Below, one piece after another: positions 9,346 through 18,962 of a DNA stretch of 64,000 nt. Both the position numbers and the translations under genes were made by a program. The stretch comes from Sediminicola arcticus. Its GTDB lineage: Bacteria > Bacteroidota > Bacteroidia > Flavobacteriales > Flavobacteriaceae. The notes under the pieces are model-generated. The model saw nothing but the letters and a program-made list of their open reading frames with translations, was not told the DNA's origin and ran no database searches. The stretch lies in NCBI RefSeq assembly GCF_040566695.1, contig NZ_JBEXAE010000001.1, positions 282,636 through 346,635 on the forward strand, given 5' to 3'. Position 1 is the stretch's first letter. Each line of letters opens with the position of its first letter.

Positions 9346-9926
9346 TAAGCCAATCATTCCGTTCAAATAATAACAATCTGTCTGCTCCTTACTAACGGCC
9401 AACCCTTCTTTCTTAGATTGTAAAGGATCTATTTTCACTTCTTCTCCGTTGTGCATGTAGACAATATAAAAACCTTCTTTAAAGGAAGAAAGCTTTATGA
9501 TTTCCCCACTAGGCTTTAAGGCATTCCAAGATTTTTCGTGTGTGCTATACACCAAATCTGGATTTTTTTCCTTTTTTAGGCCCTTCTAAAACAGTGATCT
9601 CCATTCTGTTTTTGGTAGCGATCATTTCAAAAGTATTCCCGTCTCTTTCCACAATCTGAATTTCCGAATCTCCATCTTGCATGGCAATAGGGTTAGAGCC
9701 CGACCAAAATTCTATAACGTTGAAAATTATGGCGTCCCCAAAGAAGTAAAGACCATAAACAGGAATGATATTCAAGCCCCAAAAGATAAGATTGTTTACG
9801 AATCTACTATCTGAAACACTTTGGTTCCAATCCTTTAAATTATTAAAGGCACTAAAGGAACCCAAAACAACTTGAAAACATCAAGGAAAGGGAAAGGAAA
9901 CTGCATGCGAGTAATTTTTTCAGCAT
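9316..9926 (-). pseudogene. DUF3332-family lipoprotein gene disrupted by two +1 frameshifts at homopolymers
   Basis: The ATG at 9926 gives signal peptide plus lipobox MLKKLLACSFLSLSLMFSSC, then a frame break in the run tgTTTTggg. The next frame continues LGSFSAFNNLKDWNQ… (track ORF 9545..9865). A second frame break lies in the A6GGA7 run and leads into the tracked ORF 9316..9555. Confidence 0.5.
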
Positions 9927-10028
9927 CTAAAATTTAAAAGTTTAACCTTAAAGCATAAAAGAGACAATAGCCCAAGTTTCTCTTTTCAGGTAAATATTAA
10001 CCCAAATGAAAAAGATAAATTAAGAGAA

Positions 10029-10066
10029 ACAAAAAAAACCCTCCTTGTTTCCAAAGAGGGTTTTAG
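10029..10066 (-). terminator. Rho-independent terminator after rpmA
   Basis: Minus-strand AAACCCUC uuuggaaacaag GAGGGUUU followed by U8. Confidence 0.5.
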
Positions 10067-10085
10067 ATTTTTGAAGAGCTGTTCC

Positions 10086-10346
10086 TTATGCCTCGAAAGG
10101 ATCTATAGAAACAAAGGATTTACCTCCTGCTTTCTTTTTAAATTTTACAAGACCATCTACTCTAGCGTGTAGAGTATGATCTTTCCCAGCATAAACATTT
10201 TCACCAGGATTATGCTTAGTACCACGTTGTCTTACGATGATATTTCCAGCAATAGCAGCTTGTCCACCAAAAATCTTTACGCCTAAACGTTTTGATTCTG
10301 ATTCCCTACCGTTTTTGGAACTACCAACACCTTTCTTATGTGCCAT
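10086..10346 (-). CDS. rpmA: 50S ribosomal protein L27
   Basis: [16 protein letters not shown]…-type N-terminus; 86 aa. Confidence 0.95.
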   Translation of the reverse strand: MAHKKGVGSSKNGRESESKRLGVKIFGGQAAIAGNIIVRQRGTKHNPGENVYAGKDHTLHARVDGLVKFKKKAGGKSFVSIDPFEA

Positions 10347-10368
10347 GATATTTTGTTTTAATTCTTAA

Positions 10369-10896
10369 CTATTTACTTAAAGCGTCAATCAAATCAGATT
10401 TTTTCATAGAAGAAATCCCTTCGATACCTTTTGCTTTGGCCATTTCTTTCAACTCAGCAACTGTATTTTTGCTTAGGTCTTCAGATGGAGCAGCTACTTT
10501 TTTCGGAGCTGCAGCAGTTGGTTTAGCTTCTTTTTGAGGAGCTTCTTTCTTTGGAGCTTCTTTCTTGGCTACTTTTGTAGCGCCTGAAGCAACAATACTC
10601 TCAATTCTAATCTCTGTCAAATATTGACGGTGACCATTTTTCTTTTTGTAACCTTTACGTCTTTTCTTTTTAAAGACGATTACTTTGTCACCTTTAAGGT
10701 GCTTTACGACTTTCGCCTCAACAGCGGCTCCGTCTATAGCTGGGGCGCCAATTGTGATGTCCTTACCATCTTCCAACAAAAGAACGTTATCAAAAGTAAC
10801 TTTGCTACCTTCTTCGTCTTGCAAGCGGTGAACATACACTTTTTGGTCTTTTGCAACTTTAAATTGCTGCCCTGCTATCTCTACAATTGCGTACAT
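10369..10896 (-). CDS. rplU: 50S ribosomal protein L21 with a ~70-aa lysine/alanine-rich C-terminal extension
   Basis: MYAIVEIAGQQFKV… L21 core of ~103 aa, followed by a KKEAPKKEAPQKEAKP… tail and a Rho_N/SAP-like ELKEMAKAKGIEG…DLIDAL motif. Confidence 0.9.
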   Translation of the reverse strand: MYAIVEIAGQQFKVAKDQKVYVHRLQDEEGSKVTFDNVLLLEDGKDITIGAPAIDGAAVEAKVVKHLKGDKVIVFKKKRRKGYKKKNGHRQYLTEIRIESIVASGATKVAKKEAPKKEAPQKEAKPTAAAPKKVAAPSEDLSKNTVAELKEMAKAKGIEGISSMKKSDLIDALSK

Positions 10897-10944
10897 AGCG
10901 TGTATATTATTTGTTAATTAAACACTGCCTATTTTATATAGGCG

Positions 10945-10980
10945 GGTGCAAATATACTGCTAAATTGCTAACTCACAAGT
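10945..10980 (-). promoter_or_regulatory. Putative Bacteroidota sigma-A-type promoter for rplU-rpmA
   Basis: On the minus strand, TTG (10977..10975) is followed after 18 nt by TATATTTG (10956..10949). This matches the -33 TTG / -7 TAnnTTTG consensus about 45 nt upstream of the rplU start. Confidence 0.35.
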
Positions 10981-11008
10981 GTTTTTTTTAAATTAACAAG
11001 TTTGACTT

Positions 11009-11449
11009 TTAATTTTTTCTCCTGGTTTTGAACAATTGCATAAAAGTCAATGTCAAAACCAAAGAAGTTGAAAAACCCATAATGGCTACCGTGAAAAATA
11101 CAATACCGCCTTCTGTCTTATAATCCTTGAACCAAACTTTAGATAATTCCTGTAGGAATCCTGTATCTACTTCTGTGGTATAAAAGGCGAAAAATATCGT
11201 AAAAATAAGAGTGGCCATAAATCCCGTAACAATCCCCGCACTAAACCCTTTGACATAATTAAAGGCTTCACCATCCTGCAAACGTAGATATTTAATAGCT
11301 TCATAAATCCCAAAGCCTGTGATTACGCCGTTAAAAAGACTATAAAAAACATTGGTGTGTAGACCAAAAAGCGACAATATTAAAAAGTACGCAATCAGGG
11401 AACCACTAGTGGCAATTCCAAATCTAATAGGAAGAGCAAATCTCATCAT
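11009..11449 (-). CDS. DUF4199-family small membrane protein
   Basis: 146 aa with 4 predicted transmembrane helices, typical of Bacteroidota DUF4199. Confidence 0.5.
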   Translation of the reverse strand: MMRFALPIRFGIATSGSLIAYFLILSLFGLHTNVFYSLFNGVITGFGIYEAIKYLRLQDGEAFNYVKGFSAGIVTGFMATLIFTIFFAFYTTEVDTGFLQELSKVWFKDYKTEGGIVFFTVAIMGFSTSLVLTLTFMQLFKTRRKN

Positions 11450-11628
11450 ATACTAATAATTTTAATTAAAAGTTTGAAGTTACAGAATATTCGTGATTTC
11501 TTCCAAGAAAACTGAATAAAGAATTATTGCTATATTTTATATATTACAGAAAATACTCTTAATGTTTGTAACAAATTCTTAATTTTGCTACTAACACTAA
11601 AAAATCGAGAACTTAAACACTGATTACA

Positions 11629-12951
11629 ATGAAAGAAAAGTTTTTATTAGCTGTTTGTGCGTTGCTTACTGCAACACAAATAGGGGCCCAAGAAGTGGCT
11701 TATGAAGAATATAACCTGGACAATGGGCTCCATGTTATTTTGCACCAAGATAATACAGCTCCTTTGGTGACCACTTCCGTCATGTACCACGTAGGAGGCA
11801 AGGACAGAACAGAGGGAAGAACAGGGTTTGCTCATTTCTTTGAACACCTTTTATTTGAAGGAACGAAAAATATAGAAAGGGGCAAATGGTTCGAAATTGT
11901 TTCTTCTAATGGAGGGAGAAACAACGCGAACACCTCACAGGACAGAACCTATTATTATGAGGTATTTCCTTCCAATAATTTAAAACTAGGCCTTTGGTTA
12001 GAATCAGAGCGTATGCTACACCCTGTAATTGACCAAAAAGGGATAGATACCCAAAATGAAGTGGTAAAAGAGGAAAAAAGATTACGACAGGACAATGCAC
12101 CCTACGGCCAAATACTTCCAGTAGTAGGAAAGAGTCTTTTTAAAAATCACCCATATAAAGATCCTAATATTGGCTACATGGAAGATCTTGATGCTGCAAC
12201 TTTAGAAGATGTTATAGCCTATAATAAAAAATATTACGTGCCCAACAATGCAGTATTGGTTGTTGCGGGTGATATTAACATTGGGGACACCAAAAAAATG
12301 ATCCAAGATTATTTTGCGCCTATCCCAAAAGGAGCTACCGTTACAAGAAACTACCCATTGGAAGACCCAATTACAAATGAAGTAGAAACTGTGGCCTACG
12401 ATGCAAACATTCAAATTCCAGCAGCTATTGTGGCTTACAGAACTCCAGGATTTAAAAATCGGGATGCCTATGTGTTGGAAATGATATCTTCTTACTTAAG
12501 CGATGGTAAAAGTTCTAAACTATATAAAAAGATGGTAGACGAACAAAAGCAGGCCCTTCAAATCGGCGCTTTCAATATAGGACAGGAAGATTATGGTATG
12601 TACCTTATTTTTGGCCTCCCCCTAGGTGATACTAGTTTGGATGTTTTGGTCTCTGAAGCAGAAGAGGAAATCGCAAAAGTAAGAACCGACTTAATTAGCG
12701 AAAAAGATTACCAAAAATTACAGAATAAACGTGAAAACAATTTTGTAAATTCTAACTCAAGCGTAGAAGGAATAGCAGGGTCATTGGCTACAAATTACCT
12801 TCTTTATGGGGATACTTCTTTAATTAACAAGGAAATTGAGATTTACAGATCTATTACCAGAGAAGAAATGAGGGCTGTTGCAAATAAATATTTAAGCCCT
12901 AACCAACGTGTGGTTATAGATTATTTACCTGAAGAAAAACCAGCAAATTAA
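11629..12951 (+). CDS. M16-family zinc peptidase (insulinase-like), catalytic subunit
   Basis: Signal peptide; inverted zinc-binding motif HFFEHLLFEGT (HxxEH). Confidence 0.85.
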   Translation: MKEKFLLAVCALLTATQIGAQEVAYEEYNLDNGLHVILHQDNTAPLVTTSVMYHVGGKDRTEGRTGFAHFFEHLLFEGTKNIERGKWFEIVSSNGGRNNANTSQDRTYYYEVFPSNNLKLGLWLESERMLHPVIDQKGIDTQNEVVKEEKRLRQDNAPYGQILPVVGKSLFKNHPYKDPNIGYMEDLDAATLEDVIAYNKKYYVPNNAVLVVAGDINIGDTKKMIQDYFAPIPKGATVTRNYPLEDPITNEVETVAYDANIQIPAAIVAYRTPGFKNRDAYVLEMISSYLSDGKSSKLYKKMVDEQKQALQIGAFNIGQEDYGMYLIFGLPLGDTSLDVLVSEAEEEIAKVRTDLISEKDYQKLQNKRENNFVNSNSSVEGIAGSLATNYLLYGDTSLINKEIEIYRSITREEMRAVANKYLSPNQRVVIDYLPEEKPAN

Positions 12952-12958
12952 TAAAAAG

Positions 12959-15028
12959 ATGAAAAAAATAATTACAACTCTGGTTTTGGCATTTATGGCC
13001 GTAACCACATATGCACAGGTCGATAGAACAAAAATGCCCGAACCGGGACCATCACCTGAAATAAATTTATTAGAACCAACGCGTTTTGAGCTTAAAAATG
13101 GTTTAAAAGTACTTGTGGTAGAAAATCACAAACTGCCACGAGTAGCCATTCAATTACGAATAGACAACCCACCTATTGCAGAAGGTGATAAAGCAGGAGT
13201 TAGCTCTTTTGTTTCTAGCCTTTTAGGAAACGGGTCCAAAAGCATATCTAAAGATGCCTTTAACGAAGAAGTCGACTTTTTAGGGGCACGCATTAATTTT
13301 GGATCCCAAAGTGCCTTTGCTAGTTCTTTATCAAAGTATTTTCCGAGAATATTGGAGTTAATGGCAGATGCCGCTATAAACCCAAATTTCACCCAGGAAG
13401 AATTTGACAAGGAAAAAGACAAATTAATCACAGGCTTAAAAACCCAAGAAAAGGATGTTGCTGCTATTGCTGGTAGGGCACAATCCGCCCTTGCATATGG
13501 TAAAAAACACCCTTATGGCGAATTTACCTCAGAAGAAACCGTAAACAATGCAACACTTGCTGATGTGAAGCAGTTTTATAGCAGCTACTTTGTTCCTGCT
13601 AATGCCTATTTAATCGTAATTGGCGATGTAAATCCTAAGGAAGTTGAAAAATTGGTAAAGAAAAATTTTACCCCTTGGACCAAAGCCACACCTCCTTCTT
13701 TTGAATATACAAAACCTCAGGATGCGCTATACACCCAAATTAATTTTGTAGATGTGCCTAATGCAGTTCAATCAGAAATTGCCGTAGAGAGCTTGGTAGA
13801 CTTAAAAATGAGCAGTCCTGATTATTTGGCCGCATTGGTGACCAACCAGATTTTAGGTGGAGGGGGCGAAGGTCGTCTTTTTCTTAACCTAAGAGAAGAT
13901 AAAGGCTATACATACGGATCCTATTCTAGATTGGGCAATGACAAATATGCCCCATCCAGATTTATGGCCACTGCAAGTGTTCGTAACGCGGTTACGGACA
14001 GTTCAGTCGTAGAACTTCTTAAAGAAATAGACAGAATCATAAAAGAACCCGTAACCGCTGAGGAGCTTGCGAACACCAAAGAAAAATATATTGGTAATTT
14101 TATAATGGCCCTAGAAAGACCTGAAACTATAGCAGGTTATGCTTTGAACATTGAAACCGAAGGACTACCCAAAGATTTTTACAAAACCTATTTAGAGCGA
14201 ATCAACGCTATTACCATTGAAGAGGTACAAGCTGCTGCTAAAAAATATTTTAGCACTGAAAATGCACGAGTAGTAATTGCCGGAAAAGGAAGTGAGGTCC
14301 TAGATAATTTAGAGCAGGTAACTTTTAACGGTAAAAAACTTCCTGTTCATTATTTTGATAAGGAAGTCAATAAGGTAGAGAAGCCAAAATATGAGGTAGC
14401 CATCCCAGAAGGGACCACAGTGAATACAGTTCTTGAATCCTACATCAAAGCAATTGGTGGTAAATCTAAATTGGAGGGTGTTAATTCATATGCCATGACT
14501 GCAGAGGCCGAAATGCAAGGTATGAAACTAGATCTTGAGATGAAAAAAACCTCTAAAGATCAATTTATGCAAGATGTTAAGGTCATGGGAAATTCCATGA
14601 GCAAGCAAGTCGTTGATGGTGAAAAAGGATATATGGTAATGCAAGGACAACGTAAAGATTTGAGCGAAGAAGAACTTCAGAAATTGAAAGCCGAATCGTC
14701 CCCATTTCCTGAGATGGACTACTTAAACGGTACTGCATCGTTAGAGGGTATTGAAATGGTTGATGGGCAAAAAGCATACAAAATAAAAGTATCCGAAGAA
14801 AAAACATCCTTTTACAGCATGGAGACCGGACTTAAAATACAGGATGCGGTAACTGCGGAAGCACAAGGACAAACCATGAGCACCACTTTTGGGTATGGAG
14901 ATTACAAAGAAGTTTCCGGAATACTGTTCCCATTCCAGTTAATACAAAGTATGGGTCCGCAAAAGATAGATTTTATAGTTAAAGATATCAAAGTGAACGA
15001 AGGGGTAACACCTGCTGATTTCCAATAA
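12959..15028 (+). CDS. M16-family peptidase, non-catalytic partner subunit with a C-terminal extension
   Basis: 689 aa with M16 fold blocks but no HxxEH motif. Sits 8 bp after the catalytic subunit gene. Confidence 0.75.
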   Translation: MKKIITTLVLAFMAVTTYAQVDRTKMPEPGPSPEINLLEPTRFELKNGLKVLVVENHKLPRVAIQLRIDNPPIAEGDKAGVSSFVSSLLGNGSKSISKDAFNEEVDFLGARINFGSQSAFASSLSKYFPRILELMADAAINPNFTQEEFDKEKDKLITGLKTQEKDVAAIAGRAQSALAYGKKHPYGEFTSEETVNNATLADVKQFYSSYFVPANAYLIVIGDVNPKEVEKLVKKNFTPWTKATPPSFEYTKPQDALYTQINFVDVPNAVQSEIAVESLVDLKMSSPDYLAALVTNQILGGGGEGRLFLNLREDKGYTYGSYSRLGNDKYAPSRFMATASVRNAVTDSSVVELLKEIDRIIKEPVTAEELANTKEKYIGNFIMALERPETIAGYALNIETEGLPKDFYKTYLERINAITIEEVQAAAKKYFSTENARVVIAGKGSEVLDNLEQVTFNGKKLPVHYFDKEVNKVEKPKYEVAIPEGTTVNTVLESYIKAIGGKSKLEGVNSYAMTAEAEMQGMKLDLEMKKTSKDQFMQDVKVMGNSMSKQVVDGEKGYMVMQGQRKDLSEEELQKLKAESSPFPEMDYLNGTASLEGIEMVDGQKAYKIKVSEEKTSFYSMETGLKIQDAVTAEAQGQTMSTTFGYGDYKEVSGILFPFQLIQSMGPQKIDFIVKDIKVNEGVTPADFQ

Positions 15029-15065
15029 TTGGTGATTAAATTTTGAGAAAGCATCCAAGACTGGT

Positions 15066-15956
15066 TTACACAGTTTTGGGTGCTTTTCTTTTTTTGTTCA
15101 CCATCCAAACCCCTAATAAAATAATCAAGGCACCTATTAATTGATACATGTTTAATTTTTCACCATCCCATACACCCCATAAAACCGCCACTAAAGGAAG
15201 TACATAGGTCACCGAGGCAGCAAAAACGGGACTTGCTATTCGTATCAATTTATTAAAGAATAGGTTGGCTATTGCAGTACCCACAATACCCAAAATAAAG
15301 ATATAGGCCATAGGCAAATGCATTGCGTCATTGGACCATACCTCGGTAAAAAATCCGGAATAGATCAAAATAATAAACGCTGGTACAATGACCATGGCAA
15401 AACTGCCTGCAGTTACTGCCAACGGACTTAAATGGGAAAGATGCTTCTTAATAATATTGATGTTAAAGGCATATCCCATTGCAGATAACAAAATAAAAAT
15501 AGCATACCAATAATTCTGATTAGGACTAAACTCCATTCCAGCAGCAATTAAGGCAAACGTTCCCAACAGTCCAATAAAAATTCCTACTACCTGCCTTTTT
15601 GTAATAATAGCGCCAAACAAAAGGGTTCCTATTACAGCGGTGTTCAAGGGAACCAGAGAATTAAAAATAGCCGTTACCCCACTATCTATCTCTGTTTGGG
15701 CCAAAGCAAACAAAAAAGGAGGAAAAAAAGAACTCAAAAAACCTGCTGCAGCAATCCATTTCCATTCAGATGCCGTAATAACCTTTAAACTTTTAAATCC
15801 AATTAGCATTAAAAAGCTCCCAGCGAATACAATCCGCAAACCTCCCACTTGAACAGGACTTAATCCTACCAAGGCCTTTTTTATTAGAATAAAAGAAGAT
15901 CCCCATATCAGGGACAAGAGTATTAAGTAAAACCATTTTCTGGTCTGTTCGCTCAT
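15066..15956 (-). CDS. EamA/DMT-superfamily transporter
   Basis: 296 aa with 10 transmembrane helices and two EamA-like repeats. Confidence 0.8.
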   Translation of the reverse strand: MSEQTRKWFYLILLSLIWGSSFILIKKALVGLSPVQVGGLRIVFAGSFLMLIGFKSLKVITASEWKWIAAAGFLSSFFPPFLFALAQTEIDSGVTAIFNSLVPLNTAVIGTLLFGAIITKRQVVGIFIGLLGTFALIAAGMEFSPNQNYWYAIFILLSAMGYAFNINIIKKHLSHLSPLAVTAGSFAMVIVPAFIILIYSGFFTEVWSNDAMHLPMAYIFILGIVGTAIANLFFNKLIRIASPVFAASVTYVLPLVAVLWGVWDGEKLNMYQLIGALIILLGVWMVNKKRKAPKTV

Positions 15957-16126
15957 GCTTTAAAATTTGACTGCAAAATTGAACTATTATCCTAAATAAT
16001 GAATCACCACCACTACATTATATTTTTTGATGCAACTATGGTGTCATTCCTACTTAAAAAATGATTCTTTTTGGGTAGGCATTAGGGCAGTAAATGTTAA
16101 TTTTGTTCCATATAAAAACAAAGACA

Positions 16127-16555
16127 ATGAGAGTTTCAGCGATTAGTATAGCATTTATTTTTAGTGTAGTATTCGTTACTTGTAAGGAAGAAAAGAAGGT
16201 GCCAACTAAAACTACACAAATGAAAGAGGTCATGGCCGTGCATGACGAGCTTATGCCAAAAATGGGAAAAATTGGGCGTTTGGTTGGTGAATTAAACAAG
16301 ATAGAAGATTCCACAGAGACTGGACAGGTATACAAAGAGGCAAAAATAGAACTACAAGAAGCGAACAAGGCCATGATGGATTGGATGAAAGAATTGGGTG
16401 ACCACTTTGACTATGAGGAGATTATGAAGGGCAAAGAGCTCACTGAACAGAAACAAGAATGGCTTAACGAAGAAGAGGAAAAAGTGAAGGTTCTAAAAGA
16501 AAAAATAAATGGCAGTATAGAGAGAGCAGAGAAATTGTTGGAAAATAACAAATAA
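16127..16555 (+). CDS. Hypothetical lipoprotein, coiled-coil rich
   Basis: Start likely at MRVSAISIAFIFSVVFVTC (lipobox). E/K-rich helical C-terminal region. Confidence 0.45.
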   Translation: MRVSAISIAFIFSVVFVTCKEEKKVPTKTTQMKEVMAVHDELMPKMGKIGRLVGELNKIEDSTETGQVYKEAKIELQEANKAMMDWMKELGDHFDYEEIMKGKELTEQKQEWLNEEEEKVKVLKEKINGSIERAEKLLENNK

Positions 16556-16565
16556 TTCTTTTTTT

Positions 16566-17123
16566 TTAATTCTTCCACCTCATGGTTTCCATTATATGCC
16601 GTATGTCCTTTTGCAAATAGACCGCTGCAGGCAAAATAGAATCATAATTGGGTTTGGTATTAAAATAAAGGGAACCCGTTACGAAATGCGATATGCTATC
16701 CGTTAAATAAAATTGGGATTGGGATGCGGCGTTTCCCTTAACTTCATAATACATTCCATACACCTTATCCGTATCGTTTGCAAAAGGCTGCTCCAATATA
16801 TTATCTGCTTTGCCAACATGTTCATAGGAAAACTTTTGCGCATCGGACATCAATTTAGATAAATTGCCCTCTACATTTTTGTAACTGATAAATATGGAGC
16901 CTTTCATTTCTGGATAATCTAGAGTGAGGGCACAATCCTCTTTCCTTTCCAATTGAGCTTGTTTACTATGTTCAAATTCATAAACACAGTCCATCTCTAA
17001 TTTCTTTGAAGCCATTTCGGGATACTCCAATCTTAACATTGCCTTTGGCTTGGGAAGAACATCTTCCTTACAACCAACAAAACATGTCAAAAAAACAATC
17101 AAGAAAATAGATTTAAAATTCAT
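16566..17123 (-). CDS. gldD: Gliding motility lipoprotein GldD
   Basis: 185-aa lipoprotein (lipobox LTCFVGC) immediately downstream of gldE. This arrangement is conserved in Flavobacterium johnsoniae. Confidence 0.7.
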   Translation of the reverse strand: MNFKSIFLIVFLTCFVGCKEDVLPKPKAMLRLEYPEMASKKLEMDCVYEFEHSKQAQLERKEDCALTLDYPEMKGSIFISYKNVEGNLSKLMSDAQKFSYEHVGKADNILEQPFANDTDKVYGMYYEVKGNAASQSQFYLTDSISHFVTGSLYFNTKPNYDSILPAAVYLQKDIRHIMETMRWKN

Positions 17124-18441
17124 GTGGCAACGATATTTTTATTTGTCTTAATCTCTTTTTATCCAAGCTTTCCACTATAAAGGTGTAGCCCTTAAAAAGA
17201 ATCTTCTCCCCTCTTTTTGGGAAACTCCCTGCAATCTCTAATACAAATCCCGCTATGGTTTCAGATTCCCCTTTGCGTTCCTCAAAATCAATTTCATCTT
17301 CAATCTTGGCGACACGGTAGAAATCCTTTAGGGCTGTTTTACCATCAAACAAATAATTAAAATCGTCTAGTTTGGAAAAAACCAAGTCCTCATCATCAAA
17401 CTCATCAATGATGTCCCCTACAATTTCCTCAATAATATCATCTAAGGTCACAATTCCTGAAGTTCCGCCATATTCATCAACTACAATGGCCAAGTGGTTT
17501 TTCATTTCTTGGAACTCCATCAAGAGGTCATCTAGCTTCTTGTTCTCAGGGACAAAATAGGGTTCCCGCACCAAAGTGGACCAATTAAACATTTTACGAT
17601 CTATGTATGGCAAAAGATCCTTCACATAGAGTACCCCTTTCACATTATCAATATTTTCCTGATATACAGGCACTCTGGAATAACCATTCTTTTTGATCTC
17701 TTCCAACACCTCTAAAAACTTCATATCCATATTTAGGGCAAAAATATCTATCCTTGGCAGCATAACCTGCTTTGTATCTGTATTCCCAAAAGAAACTATT
17801 CCCTGCAAGATCTTTTGCTCTTCTTTTGTGGTATCGCCTTCAGAAGTTAGTTCCAAAGCCTGGGACAAATGGTCTACACTTAAGTTAGATTTCTGTTTCC
17901 CCAATCTACGATGTAGGAATATTGTAGCCGATCTCATGGGCATACTTAATGGGGTTAGAAGAAAATCTAATACCCTTAAGGGATAGGCCATACGGTTAGA
18001 AAAGGTTTTCCTATTTCTATTGGCATAAATTTTTGGCAATATTTCCCCGAACATTAAAATGAGGAAGGTTATTACTACCACTTCCAATAAAAAACGAACT
18101 GAAATTATACCCAACCATATATAGGTAATATTGGCAAATAAGACATCTCCCATATTACTGAACAACAAAACAATCCCGATATTAATGGTGTTGTTGGCTA
18201 TAAGTATGGTAGCCAATAATTTTTTGGGGCGTTCCAGCAGTTTAACCACAATATTTCCTTTTGTGGTCTTTTTTTCTATGATCTCGTTGATATCTGTAGG
18301 GGAAAGTCCAAATAATGAAACTTCAGCTCCTGAAATTACCGCAGAGCATACTAGTAAGACTATAATAACAATTATTTGAAGCGCAAAAGCACTATCCAAA
18401 ACTATAAAATTAAGCAGTAAACTAAAGGGGTCTGGATTCAA
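17113..18441 (-). CDS. gldE: Gliding motility-associated protein GldE (CNNM/HlyC-CorC family; DUF21 + CBS pair + CorC_HlyC)
   Basis: 442 aa. N-terminal DUF21 membrane domain, tandem CBS domains and a C-terminal transporter-associated domain. Confidence 0.8.
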   Translation of the reverse strand: MNPDPFSLLLNFIVLDSAFALQIIVIIVLLVCSAVISGAEVSLFGLSPTDINEIIEKKTTKGNIVVKLLERPKKLLATILIANNTINIGIVLLFSNMGDVLFANITYIWLGIISVRFLLEVVVITFLILMFGEILPKIYANRNRKTFSNRMAYPLRVLDFLLTPLSMPMRSATIFLHRRLGKQKSNLSVDHLSQALELTSEGDTTKEEQKILQGIVSFGNTDTKQVMLPRIDIFALNMDMKFLEVLEEIKKNGYSRVPVYQENIDNVKGVLYVKDLLPYIDRKMFNWSTLVREPYFVPENKKLDDLLMEFQEMKNHLAIVVDEYGGTSGIVTLDDIIEEIVGDIIDEFDDEDLVFSKLDDFNYLFDGKTALKDFYRVAKIEDEIDFEERKGESETIAGFVLEIAGSFPKRGEKILFKGYTFIVESLDKKRLRQIKISLPHEF

Positions 18442-18467
18442 CAGTCAAAATTTAGTGTAAGGTTATT

Positions 18468-18938
18468 TTAGAATGGCAAATCATCATCCTCTTCTGGCGC
18501 ACTGGCTTTGGGCATTGCTTTTGGAGCGTTCGAAGTAGGTGTGCTAGTTTGAGAAAGTCCCGAAGAAGGAGCTACAGACGGGGCATTGGATGAACTTTCA
18601 TTTTTGGTGGTTAAAAAAGTGAATTCCTGAACATGCACTTCTGTGGTATAGCGTGTGGTACCGTCCTCTCCCTGCCACTGGCGGTTTTTTAATCTTCCTT
18701 CAACATATATTTTATCACCTTTACTTAAGTATTTCTCACAAATTTCGGCGGCTTTATTTCTCACCACCACATTGTGCCAATCTGTATTGGTCACCTTTTC
18801 TCCTGTTTGCTTGTTCGTGTAAGTTTCATTAGTTGCCAAAGGAAAACGTGCAATACTGTTACCCCCTTCAAAATAATGAATTTTAACCTCATCTCCCAGA
18901 TGCCCAATCAGCATCACCTTGTTTAATGTCCCGCTCAT
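18468..18938 (-). CDS. ssb: Single-stranded DNA-binding protein
   Basis: OB-fold N-terminus and acidic C-terminal tail ending DDDLPF. Confidence 0.9.
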   Translation of the reverse strand: MSGTLNKVMLIGHLGDEVKIHYFEGGNSIARFPLATNETYTNKQTGEKVTNTDWHNVVVRNKAAEICEKYLSKGDKIYVEGRLKNRQWQGEDGTTRYTTEVHVQEFTFLTTKNESSSNAPSVAPSSGLSQTSTPTSNAPKAMPKASAPEEDDDLPF

Positions 18939-18962
18939 AATTGTAATCTTATATCAAAAATA

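Noticed and set aside
9545-9865. Tracked ORFs 9545..9865 and 9316..9555 as two independent genes
   Set aside because: Both start at TTG and lack a signal peptide, and together with the upstream ATG at 9926 they reconstruct a single DUF3332 lipoprotein. They are therefore called as one frameshifted gene.
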